Shown here: positions 1 through 9,176 of the stretch, in pieces
Layout of the letters: every line of letters begins with the position of its first letter
How positions within the stretch are numbered: position 1 is the stretch's first letter
Origin: an uncultured Chitinophagales bacterium
Lineage (GTDB): Bacteria; Bacteroidota; Bacteroidia; Chitinophagales; JADIYW01
Assembly (NCBI GenBank): GCA_964653095.1
Contig: CAZZEH010000001.1
Coordinates: forward strand, 59,833-123,832
Length of the DNA: 64,000 nt
Direction: 5' to 3'
Translations under genes and position numbers: made by a program
The notes under the pieces: model-generated
Database searches by the model: none
The model's input: only the letters and a program-made list of their open reading frames with translations
Told to the model about the DNA's origin: nothing

Positions 1-350
1 TCAGCAAGGAGAATATAATTTGGGTAAACGAACTGAACACCGCGCAGAAACAAGATTTGGCACGAGTACTGAAAAAAGTAAGCGGCATGTTTGACACTCT
101 GTTTGAAACAGAATTTCCATATATGATGTGTGTCCATCAGGGAGCAGTCAATAGCACGGAATACGCTTCACAAAAAGACTTTTTTCGATTTCACATAGAG
201 TATTATACTCCGTGGAGAGCAAAAGATGTTGTTAAATATTACGCTTCGAGTGAAAGCGGTGCCTGGGCAGCCACCAATACAGTAGAAGTCGAACAGAGTG
301 CGGTAGAATTGAGAGCAGCATTGAAAAAATATACGGATAAGTATGACTGA
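1..350 (+). CDS. galT: galactose-1-phosphate uridylyltransferase, C-terminal part (5' end lies outside the window)
   Basis: The frame is open from base 3. The C-terminal pattern FRFHIEYYTPWR...VEQSAVELRAAL resembles the GalT C-terminus. It overlaps galK by 8 nt (ATGACTGA), the usual gal operon arrangement. Confidence 0.7.
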   Translation, partial: SKENIIWVNELNTAQKQDLARVLKKVSGMFDTLFETEFPYMMCVHQGAVNSTEYASQKDFFRFHIEYYTPWRAKDVVKYYASSESGAWAATNTVEVEQSAVELRAALKKYTDKYD

Positions 351-1494
351 TTTTGAATCTTTAGCTCCTTTTTTTCAAAGAGTATATGGCATTTCGGACT
401 CTTATGAAGCCTATTTCTCTCCGGGAAGAGTCAATCTGATGGGAGAACACATTGATTACAATGGCGGAAATGTCCTGCCTTTTGCTATTAATCTGGGAAT
501 AACTGCCCTGTTTGTTCCGGATAATGGAGGGGTGCTGAAAATTTACAGTGTCGATTTTGACGAGTTGTTGGAAGTGGATTTGACCACGCTGCAATCGGGT
601 CAAACCATAGCCGGGTGGGAAAAATATGTCACGGCTTCACTGCGACAGGCTGCTCAAAGAGGCTTGTTGCTTCGGGCAGGAAAAATAATCATGCAAAGCA
701 GTCTGCCGATTGGTTCGGGACTTTCTTCTTCGGCTGCATTAGAATGTTTGATACTGTTTATGACAGCTCCGGATTACTATGACCGCCACCGTTTAAATCT
801 GGCGTTGGATGCTCAAAAAGCAGAAATTGCAGGTACCGGAGTACAATGCGGGATTATGGATCAGTACGCAATAGCTTTCGGCAAAAAAGACTTTGCCGTC
901 TGTATCAACACTCAAAATCTTACACATGAATATGTTCCGTTAGATTTTAAAAATTATCGCTTAGTGGTGATGAATACCAACGAACCGAGAAGTCTGAGCG
1001 AGTCCCGATACAATGAGAGAAGAGAAGAATGTGCCCGGGCACTTGAGATAGTACAAAAGCACGATCCGGCACCGAACCTTGCACAAAGTCACGAAATTTC
1101 TATTGCCCATATTGAGGATGATTCTCTTTACTTTAGGGCAAAACACGTGATTACCGAACAGCAGAGAGTACTGGCAGCCTATGATGCTCTCAGATTGGGA
1201 GAAATAGGTTATCTCGGAGATTTGATGTGGATGTCCCATACTTCTTTAGATGAAGATTTCGAAGTGGCAGGCGATGCGCTGAACTGCTTGGTTTTTTACG
1301 CACATAAGTTTAAGCAATGTATAGGAGCAAGAATGACAGGTGCAGGTTTTGGCGGTTGCGCAATAGCCTTGGTTGAAAAAGATTCTGTAGAAAGATTTTG
1401 CACTTATGTAGGATTAAAATATGCACATCATCAGGGCAGAAAGGCAGATTTTTATTTGGTGGAATCTTCTGATAGCGTTAATAGAATACGATAA
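343..1494 (+). CDS. galK: galactokinase
   Basis: It carries the galactokinase signature GRVNLMGEHIDYNGG, the GHMP kinase motif PIGSGLSSSAA, and the C-terminal GAGFGGC motif. Confidence 0.95.
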   Translation: MTDFESLAPFFQRVYGISDSYEAYFSPGRVNLMGEHIDYNGGNVLPFAINLGITALFVPDNGGVLKIYSVDFDELLEVDLTTLQSGQTIAGWEKYVTASLRQAAQRGLLLRAGKIIMQSSLPIGSGLSSSAALECLILFMTAPDYYDRHRLNLALDAQKAEIAGTGVQCGIMDQYAIAFGKKDFAVCINTQNLTHEYVPLDFKNYRLVVMNTNEPRSLSESRYNERREECARALEIVQKHDPAPNLAQSHEISIAHIEDDSLYFRAKHVITEQQRVLAAYDALRLGEIGYLGDLMWMSHTSLDEDFEVAGDALNCLVFYAHKFKQCIGARMTGAGFGGCAIALVEKDSVERFCTYVGLKYAHHQGRKADFYLVESSDSVNRIR

Positions 1495-1748
1495 ATAAGT
1501 TGTTGTTCGTGTATTCAGTTAGAGTTTTTGCAGTTGCTTTTCGTTACTCTGTCCGAGCCTTTTAAGAATGAAGATGAATTGAAAGCCATTTGGAGCTGAC
1601 CGAATACAAGACTTCATTTTAGTTACGAATTATTTATAAAGAGAAAAAATGTGTCTCGTACAATTATCGGAATCGTGGCAAGATAACCACACGAATAAAG
1701 CACCTGTTTTATTCAAAAAAATGTAACTTACAGGTTGCTAAAACCTAT

Positions 1749-2645
1749 ATGAAAAAATTATTCTTTATTTTCTGCTTAGTTCCGTTACTTCTTTCCTGTA
1801 AAAAGGATAATGTTATTGAAGACAAAAACATTGTCGAAGAATGTACAGAGCGAAAAGAAAAAGTATTGCTTATCGGAATAGACGGTTGTCGTACTGACGC
1901 TTTTCTGCAGATAGAACATGCTGCATTCGATTCTCTTATGGAGCAGGCTTATGTCAATTTCAATGTTGATAGAGGACCTCATACCTGGAGCGGTCCCGGT
2001 TGGGCATCTATACTGCGGGGCGTATGGCCTTCTAAACACAAACTCACAAGCAATTTTATTGTCGGACATGATTTTGGCAAGTGGCACGATATGTTTTATT
2101 ATCTGAAGCAGTATAATCCCTATTTGTATTTGGCGGCAGTGAGTAACTGGAGCGATTTCCTGAAGCTTATTACCAAAAAAGATTTTTCAAAACCTGTACA
2201 TAGTGACTTCAGGGTAACTGAAACAGCTCAGGAGTTATTAGCTGAAGAATGTGCGCCGGATGTACTGTTGTTGCATTATGATGACGTGGATTACGCCGGA
2301 CATACCACCGGGTTTTCACCTAATAACAGTCTTTATATGGAAGCTCTCCGACAGACCGGAGACTATGTAGGAGAACTGATGCAAACTATCACTGCCCGTG
2401 AAAAAAAGTATGACGAAAAATGGATGGTGATTTTAGCCACCGATCACGGCGGCAGTGGGAGAATGCATGAGTTTTTGGACAATAAAAGCTCTGTTCGCTA
2501 TGTGTTTACTGTGGTCAGAGTTCCTGGAATGAATCGCATAGAATTACCGGAAGTGGAAAATGTAGATTTGATGCCGACGATGATGAAATTTTTATCCGTT
2601 CCGGTAAGAGAAGCATGGTCACTTGACGGTAAAGCTATCTATTGA
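1749..2645 (+). CDS. alkaline-phosphatase-superfamily nucleotide pyrophosphatase/phosphodiesterase-like lipoprotein
   Basis: There is a signal peptide with a lipobox (LLLSC). Metal and catalytic motifs are GIDGCRTD, DDVDYAGHTTG and TDHGG. Confidence 0.7.
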   Translation: MKKLFFIFCLVPLLLSCKKDNVIEDKNIVEECTERKEKVLLIGIDGCRTDAFLQIEHAAFDSLMEQAYVNFNVDRGPHTWSGPGWASILRGVWPSKHKLTSNFIVGHDFGKWHDMFYYLKQYNPYLYLAAVSNWSDFLKLITKKDFSKPVHSDFRVTETAQELLAEECAPDVLLLHYDDVDYAGHTTGFSPNNSLYMEALRQTGDYVGELMQTITAREKKYDEKWMVILATDHGGSGRMHEFLDNKSSVRYVFTVVRVPGMNRIELPEVENVDLMPTMMKFLSVPVREAWSLDGKAIY

Positions 2646-2679
2646 GTTTTACATCCGACATAATAGATATTCAATGATA

Positions 2680-3170
2680 CCCCTTAGGTTTGTTATAGAT
2701 ATCCTGAAGGGATTAAATGTGTATAGAAAATTGTTGTGGTTTGGTTGGTGCGACCCTGACGGGGTCGTATGTTCCTCTTCACGGTTCGGTTATAAATATT
2801 TGACCCTTTCCGGGTCGTTTCGCTATTTGTCTTTCATTAGGTTATAGACATTTAATCTCTTTGGTGCCAGTTTATTTTACAATCCCGAAGGGATTGAATG
2901 TGTATGGAAAATGTTGTGGTTGATTGATGCGACCCTGACGGGGACGTATGTTTTTATCCAAGTTGTCGATTATAGATGTCTTTCATTAGGTTATAGACAT
3001 TTAATCTCTTTGGTGTCGGGTTATTTTACAAATCCTGAAAGGATTAAATGTGTATAGAAAATTGTTATGGTTAGTTGGTGCGACCCCGTTGGGGTCATAT
3101 GTTCCTCTCCACGTTGTCGGTTATAGACGTTTGACCCATTCCGGGTCATTTCATTATTTGTCTTTTATTC
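2680..3170. repeat. tandem array of three copies of a ~150-181 bp unit carrying GC-rich hairpins (REP/BIME-like or structured-RNA-like)
   Basis: Units start at 2701, 2882 and 3032. Recurrent hairpins are ATCCyGAArGGAT, CGACCC-N-GGGTCG and GACCC-wTTCC-GGGTC, with conserved GGTTATAGAC boxes. The array sits between convergent 3' ends. Confidence 0.85.
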
Positions 3171-3190
3171 TGCGATTTAACTTTATACTC

Positions 3191-5008
3191 TCACCCTTCA
3201 AATGCCTGTGAAGCAACCATACTCTGATAAAGTTTGTGGGAGTGCATCAGCTCCTCATGAGTGCCTGTTCCTGTAATTGCGCCTTTTTCCAAAACAATGA
3301 TTTTGTCGTAATCATAAATAGTGGAAAGTCTGTGAGCAATTGTCAGGATAGTTTTGTCTGCACTGATTTTTTTAATGAAATCCTGTACAAATTTATCTGA
3401 AATGCCGTCCAAAGAAGAAGTAGCTTCATCTAAGAAAAGCAGAGGAGCATTCTTCAGATAGGCTCGGGCGAGCGTGAGCCTTTGCTGTTGACCTATACTG
3501 AGAGACTGACCTCTTTCACCTATAAATGTTTGTAGTGTAAGGGGAAGTTTTATCACAAAATCCAATGCGTCTGCCTGTTCCAGAGCTTCGAGCATTTCGT
3601 CTGTCGTGGCTTCGGGGCGGGCATACCGGAGATTGTCTTCTACGGTACCGAAAAACAGGATAGGATCCTGAGTCACGATAGCATATAGATTTCTATAATC
3701 ATTTATCCGGATATTGTTCAGGTCATGCCCGTCTATCTGTACCATACCTTCCGGGATATCATAAATTCTGGACAGGATATGAAGCAGGGTAGTTTTGCCG
3801 CCTCCCGAAGGTCCTACAAATGCTACTTTTTCTCCTTTGCGTACGGTAAAACTGATATTTTTCAAGACTTCTTTGTCTTTAAACGAGAAAGTCAGATTTT
3901 TTACTTCCAGCTTATCTCCAAAACTCTTTAAGGAGAGATGTCCTGCTTTGTTGTCGTAGAAAGTTTCTTCTTTGAGCAGTTCGTGTATTCTCGAGAGTGA
4001 AGCGGTTCCTTTCTGGATAAAATACCAGGCATTGGAAAAAGCTTTGGCAGGAGAAATAATTTGCGAGAAAACGACGATATAGGTGATAAACACTTCGGGT
4101 GACAGCGTGCTGCTCCCCTTTAAAATAGCGTTGCCGCCAATCAGAAGAATGATGGCCACCACTGTGATACCGAGCATTTCGGACAAAGGGGAAGCCAGTT
4201 CTTTTCGTTTGAGCATTTCTGCATGGAGCCGACGATATTCCCGATTGACCGGGCGAAATTTTCCCAACAGAATATTGACTGAACTGAAAGACTGGATAAT
4301 TCTGATGCCGTGGATTACTTCGTCCACCATCATTTGCAGTACGGACAACTGGTATTGTGCCTGAAAGGAATCTTTTTTTAGCTGCTTGCCGATTTTTCCT
4401 ATCACAAAAGCAGAGACCGGAAGCAGCAGCACAACCCACAAAGTCAGATAAGGACTCATAAGAATCAGGCTGACAAGCGTGACCAATATCGTAACCGGCT
4501 CTTTGATACCCGTTTCGATAAAACTGATTATTCCGTATTCTACTTCCTGTACATCATTGCCAAAGTTTGTAAAAATTTCTCCCCGCCTTTTTTTCTTATA
4601 AAACTCAAAATCCAAAGAAAGCAGTTTGTGATAAATATTTGAACGTAAATCCCGCATCACTCCCGTACGCACCGGAATCAAAAAATATGCGGCTAAGTAT
4701 CGCGTACCATTTTTTAAAATAAACACCAATATCAAGCTAAGACATAAAACTATCAGCGCTTTTTGCTGACCGTGTACCGCCAAAACATCTACCCATCGGG
4801 CATAAAGACTGTTTACAAAAGGAATTTGAGGGAGATTACTGCTGTTAATAAGCTGGTCTTCGGGATAAAAGAGTACCTGAAGAAAAGGAATCATCAGCAG
4901 CAGAGAGAAAACAGAAAGCAAGGCAGACAGGATATTAAATATCACATTCCAACCCACAAAGCGTAGATATTTGCGGATAAGGTTCCAAAGAAGTTTGACG
5001 CTTTCCAT
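3191..5008 (-). CDS. ABC transporter, fused permease/ATPase (MsbA/lipid exporter-like)
   Basis: An N-terminal 6-TM domain is followed by Walker A GPSGGGKTT, the signature LSIGQQQR, and Walker B LLFLDEATSSLD. Confidence 0.9.
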   Translation of the reverse strand: MESVKLLWNLIRKYLRFVGWNVIFNILSALLSVFSLLLMIPFLQVLFYPEDQLINSSNLPQIPFVNSLYARWVDVLAVHGQQKALIVLCLSLILVFILKNGTRYLAAYFLIPVRTGVMRDLRSNIYHKLLSLDFEFYKKKRRGEIFTNFGNDVQEVEYGIISFIETGIKEPVTILVTLVSLILMSPYLTLWVVLLLPVSAFVIGKIGKQLKKDSFQAQYQLSVLQMMVDEVIHGIRIIQSFSSVNILLGKFRPVNREYRRLHAEMLKRKELASPLSEMLGITVVAIILLIGGNAILKGSSTLSPEVFITYIVVFSQIISPAKAFSNAWYFIQKGTASLSRIHELLKEETFYDNKAGHLSLKSFGDKLEVKNLTFSFKDKEVLKNISFTVRKGEKVAFVGPSGGGKTTLLHILSRIYDIPEGMVQIDGHDLNNIRINDYRNLYAIVTQDPILFFGTVEDNLRYARPEATTDEMLEALEQADALDFVIKLPLTLQTFIGERGQSLSIGQQQRLTLARAYLKNAPLLFLDEATSSLDGISDKFVQDFIKKISADKTILTIAHRLSTIYDYDKIIVLEKGAITGTGTHEELMHSHKLYQSMVASQAFEG

Positions 5009-5064
5009 CCTCCCAACAAATATATCTATACTTTTATTACTTTTACACGTATTAATATCAAGGT

Positions 5065-5493
5065 ATGGAGTCTATCAGACAGCAGCAGATTGGAAAAATT
5101 ATAAAAGTGGCTTTGAGTGAAATTTTTCAGAGAGAGGTCGAAGAAATTTTGGGCGGTGCTTTTGTAACCGTATTAGATGTAAAAATAACTCCCGACTTAC
5201 AGATTGCCCGCGCGTATCTCAGCGTGTATAATGTGCCGAGTCCGGATGATATTATTGGTATTATAGACCATAATAACAAAGCTATTCGAAGGCTCTTGGG
5301 AAACAGGATAAGGAATAAAGTCAGAAAGATTCCGGAACTGGAGTTTTTCAGAGACAATACTATGGATGAAGTAGTAAAAATTGAAAAGATTTTTAAAGAA
5401 ATTAGAAAGAAGGACGATGAAGTAGAAGAGCTGAGGAAAAACAGCGACTTTGTAGATACTAATCCTTATAAGGAAGATTTAGAAGATTTATAA
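5065..5493 (+). CDS. rbfA: ribosome-binding factor A
   Basis: The RbfA pattern is present: R..QIGK.I...L..I...... VTVLDVKITPDLQIARAYLSV. Confidence 0.9.
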   Translation: MESIRQQQIGKIIKVALSEIFQREVEEILGGAFVTVLDVKITPDLQIARAYLSVYNVPSPDDIIGIIDHNNKAIRRLLGNRIRNKVRKIPELEFFRDNTMDEVVKIEKIFKEIRKKDDEVEELRKNSDFVDTNPYKEDLEDL

Positions 5494-5503
5494 CTTCAAA
5501 GGC

Positions 5504-6742
5504 ATGAAGCACCCTGCCTTTTCCATTGCAAAAAGATATCTGTTTTCGCGTAAATCAACTCGGGTAATCAATGTTATTTCCATGATTACTGCCTTTGCAA
5601 TGGCGGTGGGAGCAGGTGCGCTGATTATTGTGATGTCCACGTTTAACGGATTTGAAGATTTAGTCAAAAGTCTGTACAAAGTGTTCTATACGGATTTGGT
5701 TATCCTTCCGGCAGAGGGAAAGTTTTTCGAGATGGGGGGGTATATGCAGGAAATTTTGGATAATACAACCGGAGTGGCCGAATATTCCAAAGTGTTGGAG
5801 GAAAATGTACTGGCTCAGTATTCTGATCGTCAGACCGTAGTAACCATGAAAGGTGTGGATGAGAAATATTATCGGGTGGCAGAGGAATTGGAAGGTTATA
5901 TGTACAGTGGAGGTACGGAACTTGAATATAATGAAGTGCCGGCTGCCGTGGTGGGCGCCGGAGTGGCTCTTACACTCGGAGTAAATACCGCAGTTCCCAA
6001 TACATTTATTACTTTGTATATGCCCCGTTCCGACAAAAGCGCTTTGAACGATATTGCGAATGCTTTCCGCTCCGAAAATGTCTATGCTGGCGGAATATTT
6101 ACCGTGCAGCAGGATTTTGACTATAAATATATCATTACATCCATAGAGTTTGCACAAAATCTCATGCAGTCGGGTGCTATACTCTCAGCAGTTGAAATTA
6201 AATTAGACGGAAAAGCAGATACTAAAAAAATCAGGGCAACACTTCAGGAGACTTTGGGAGATTCTTTTCTGATAAAAACCCGTTACGAACAGAATGAAAC
6301 ACTGTACAAAGTGATGCGCACTGAAAAATGGGCGGTCTTTGCCATACTGAGTTTTATTGTATTGATTGCAGCGTTTAATATTATCGGCTCGCTGTCGATG
6401 TTAGTCATTGAAAAAAAACAAGATATTGCCACCTTGCGGGCATTGGGGGCGGATAAAAAATTAATTCGAAATATTTTTCTGATTGAAGGTATGCTGATTT
6501 CTCTGTTGGGAGCATTCACAGGTTTAGTTATTGGTACAGCGATTTGTTGGATTCAGATACGTTTTGGGTTGGTAAAAATGCCCGGAGTATCATTCATGAT
6601 GGACGCTTATCCGGTCAAGCTTATGGCAAAAGATTTTGTATTGATTATTTCAATTATCGTTTCCATCAGTCTGTGGATGGCGTGGCTTCCGGCACACCGG
6701 GCAGTAAAGAGTATGACAAATATCAGTCCCGGAGGTTTTTAG
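5504..6742 (+). CDS. FtsX-like ABC permease (LolC/LolE-type lipoprotein release permease)
   Basis: The N-terminus is KRYLFSRK. There is one TM, a large periplasmic loop, and three C-terminal TM segments with the FtsX motif AFNIIGSLSMLVIEKKQDIATLRALGA. Confidence 0.85.
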   Translation: MKHPAFSIAKRYLFSRKSTRVINVISMITAFAMAVGAGALIIVMSTFNGFEDLVKSLYKVFYTDLVILPAEGKFFEMGGYMQEILDNTTGVAEYSKVLEENVLAQYSDRQTVVTMKGVDEKYYRVAEELEGYMYSGGTELEYNEVPAAVVGAGVALTLGVNTAVPNTFITLYMPRSDKSALNDIANAFRSENVYAGGIFTVQQDFDYKYIITSIEFAQNLMQSGAILSAVEIKLDGKADTKKIRATLQETLGDSFLIKTRYEQNETLYKVMRTEKWAVFAILSFIVLIAAFNIIGSLSMLVIEKKQDIATLRALGADKKLIRNIFLIEGMLISLLGAFTGLVIGTAICWIQIRFGLVKMPGVSFMMDAYPVKLMAKDFVLIISIIVSISLWMAWLPAHRAVKSMTNISPGGF

Positions 6743-6746
6743 CGGA

Positions 6747-7703
6747 TTATATCTCTTCCGGATTGTTGGTGTGATTGGTCTTTCCCCCTTTCAGACTTAA
6801 AAAGAGTACTCCTGCCAAAACCATTATTGTACCCACTCCCTGAATAAAGGAAAAAGGTTCGTGCAAAATAAAATAGGACATGGCAATGGTCGCAACCGGA
6901 CCAAAGGTAGAAAGGATAGCTGTATTGGAAGAACCTATCAGCAGGATGCCTTTGGTGAGTGCCAGAGTAGGAATAATGGTGGCGATTACGGCCATACACA
7001 ATCCGTAAAAATAGACCTGCCATTCAAAACCTCTGAATACCGGTCCGTAAACAGTCAGGTAATGCAGTAAAACGGCAGTTATACCTGCAAGCATGGTGAC
7101 ACCATTGAATAAAATCGTGCCGACCTGTCTGATGAGATTGTCGCTAAATACCAAAAAGAGTGCATAAAAGAGAGCACTCAGGGTAATAAAGAAAGCACCT
7201 AAAAGCAGATAACTGTCCGCAGTCCCAAAATCCTGGCTGAGGAAAGCTGTGATGATGCCCAAATACGCCACAGATACGGATATAATTTGCACCTTGGTGA
7301 CCTTTCTCTTAAAAATTACCGCACCGAGTATCAGTACAAAAGTGGGATACACAAACACAATGAGTCGCTCCAAATTGGCCTGCACATACTGAAGACCGAC
7401 AAAGTCAAAAAGACTGGCGAGATAAAACCCCGACAGACCCGTTAAAATTACTTTTATCCAAGTGGAAAAGTCAGAGTGAAGCCGTTTGTCTTTTCGGGAG
7501 AATATCAATATACCGATGTAATAAGGCAGAGCAAAGAGCATCCGAAACATCAGAGCCGTAGTGCCATCCGCACCGTGGAGAATACTGAGTTTGACAAAAA
7601 TAGATTTTGTACTCAGGCTTGCTGCTCCGAGCAGAACCAAAAAAACACCCTTGGCAAAATCATTCTGAGAATAATTATATCGCAATGCCTTAGGTGTCTG
7701 CAT
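6747..7703 (-). CDS. EamA/DMT-family transporter
   Basis: About 10 hydrophobic segments form two EamA-like halves. No soluble domain is present. Confidence 0.8.
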   Translation of the reverse strand: MQTPKALRYNYSQNDFAKGVFLVLLGAASLSTKSIFVKLSILHGADGTTALMFRMLFALPYYIGILIFSRKDKRLHSDFSTWIKVILTGLSGFYLASLFDFVGLQYVQANLERLIVFVYPTFVLILGAVIFKRKVTKVQIISVSVAYLGIITAFLSQDFGTADSYLLLGAFFITLSALFYALFLVFSDNLIRQVGTILFNGVTMLAGITAVLLHYLTVYGPVFRGFEWQVYFYGLCMAVIATIIPTLALTKGILLIGSSNTAILSTFGPVATIAMSYFILHEPFSFIQGVGTIMVLAGVLFLSLKGGKTNHTNNPEEI

Positions 7704-7841
7704 AACGCAAATGTATCACTAAAAAGGAAGCAGACGATTGCATTTACACAAACATAACCGGGAAAAGAAAGAAATGATTTGACAAAACGGAGATTGTCAA
7801 AAATAGATGGATAAAAAATTCGATTTTTGATTTCTTAAAAA

Positions 7842-7849
7842 TATTTTTG
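7842..7849 (+). promoter_or_regulatory. candidate Bacteroidota -7 promoter box (TATTTTTG)
   Basis: This is an exact match to TAnnTTTG. It lies 7 nt upstream of the GTG at 7857. Confidence 0.4.
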
Positions 7850-7856
7850 CTTTTAA

Positions 7857-8690
7857 GTGGCAGCTGTAGATAAAATATTGGACTCGGGAGTCATTGCACT
7901 GATTTGGAAAAAGATTTTTCAAAGCATGAGTGACGGAAAGCTGTACCAGTTGGTAACACTCAAACCCATAGATGTGTATCAGGACGTCATGTCATACGAG
8001 CTGGAGGGGGCACACATGGATATTGATATCACTGCTCATTTAGAAAATGTATTTCAAAAGCCTTTAAAGCGGGCAATAGACTTTATATCTAACGATTTCA
8101 GGCAGGGCAAGTATAATTTTCTCACATACAAAATCAATGTGGACGTAGATGTCCGAATGGATTATCCCAATATGAGCAGGTATCTGAATAATCAGTATGC
8201 CGGTCAGCAATACTGGATTCTGGATGACCGCATAGGGTTGTATTTTAAAGAGTTCAGGCTTAGTATGAAGAACAATCAGCTGCACGTGGAAATACCCATA
8301 AAGTTAGAAGCAAAATATAAAAAGCTGGACTATAATGGCGAAGCGGAATTATTTGCGAGAGGTAATATACGCTACAATCCCTTTTCCAAAAAAATCAGGA
8401 TTACGGATATCAGCTATGTGGCTACTTCGGATAAGTGGATTTTGAGGATGGTCAATCTGATATACTATAAAGATATCGTAGAAGCTCTTGAAGGTTTTTT
8501 ACAGTTTGACATTCAGGATGAGTTGGATGACGGACTCAAAATGCTGAGAGAAGAAGTCGAAGAGTATAACGAAGAACTCTCGCTAATATCCGGAGAAGCC
8601 GCAGACTTGAATCTGGAGTGGATTCAGCTCAGGCCGGAAGGAGCAGTGGCAAAATTTAATATTCACGGAAATGTGAAATTGCTACGGTGA
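7857..8690 (+). CDS. hypothetical protein (start uncertain: GTG 7857 or ATG 7926), possibly N-terminally truncated
   Basis: The ORF is long and has coding-like composition. An in-frame TAA immediately precedes the GTG. I see no signal peptide and no recognisable motif. Confidence 0.5.
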   Translation: MAAVDKILDSGVIALIWKKIFQSMSDGKLYQLVTLKPIDVYQDVMSYELEGAHMDIDITAHLENVFQKPLKRAIDFISNDFRQGKYNFLTYKINVDVDVRMDYPNMSRYLNNQYAGQQYWILDDRIGLYFKEFRLSMKNNQLHVEIPIKLEAKYKKLDYNGEAELFARGNIRYNPFSKKIRITDISYVATSDKWILRMVNLIYYKDIVEALEGFLQFDIQDELDDGLKMLREEVEEYNEELSLISGEAADLNLEWIQLRPEGAVAKFNIHGNVKLLR

Positions 8691-9173
8691 TATCTCACGG
8701 AGCATTTCTTTCGTATAAAGCTTCATGGCATCTTCCATGACTATCCGAAATCCGTTTTCAATCAGTTCTTCTGTCGCATTTTCCTGTAATACACCCCAAT
8801 ACATGGTCTTGATTTTCCTGTAAAGTTCGGGACTTAATTCCAACGTTTCAGCTTTGTCCTGATAATCATCCAAAATCAGTTTAAATAATCTGGTGGATAT
8901 AGAAAGGAACGGTTCCAAATTTTTACTTGCCCGGTACAAAGCATCCAAAAATAGAACCATTTTAATTTTTGGTACAGGATGATAAGTCAGTTTTTCAGTA
9001 TGTGTGTGTTGGTTTAAATTTAAAAGAGAAACAAACACTCCGTCCTGATAAATTCCGAGGTCAAGGGTTGGGAATTCGATATAAAGCCGGACATCTGCCC
9101 GATACAGCCGGAAGTAAAAATACTTTTCTGTAAAAGCTGAAAGATGAGGGATATCCGTTCTGATTTTCGTCAT
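8682..9173 (-). CDS. hypothetical 163-aa soluble protein
   Basis: The ORF lies 3 nt downstream of the 9177..9740 ORF on the same strand. No motif is recognised. Confidence 0.5.
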   Translation of the reverse strand: MTKIRTDIPHLSAFTEKYFYFRLYRADVRLYIEFPTLDLGIYQDGVFVSLLNLNQHTHTEKLTYHPVPKIKMVLFLDALYRASKNLEPFLSISTRLFKLILDDYQDKAETLELSPELYRKIKTMYWGVLQENATEELIENGFRIVMEDAMKLYTKEMLREISP

Positions 9174-9176
9174 AAT

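Noticed and set aside
1555-1625. A short reading frame downstream of galK, LSEPFKNEDELKAIWS*PNTRL, resembles the ELxxxWSxPxTR segment I associate with the C-terminal domain of some type I/III restriction R subunits.
   Set aside because: Only about 15-20 residues are similar, and they are interrupted by a stop. The claim relies on my memory of a consensus, which is too little to call a pseudogene. A TBLASTN or HMM search with the EcoEI_R_C profile would settle it.
2623-2847. A 74-aa ORF on the plus strand overlaps the first repeat unit.
   Set aside because: It runs through the tandem hairpin repeats, and its frame is not maintained in copies 2 and 3. The composition is repeat-like, so it is most likely not coding.
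2680-3170. Possibility that the tandem repeat is a small CRISPR array.
   Set aside because: The periods are irregular and far too long (181 and 150 bp). The sequence between the hairpins is itself conserved between copies, so there are no unique spacers. No cas genes are present in the window.
3912-4439. Long antisense or alternative-frame ORFs lie inside well-supported genes. Examples are 3912..4439, 5660..6157, 29486..30007, 33588..34031, 35166..35657, 44435..44863 and 62903..63349.
   Set aside because: All are fully nested in genes with clear family motifs on the other strand or frame. Their products are low-complexity or Arg/Ser/Cys-rich, as expected for shadow ORFs.
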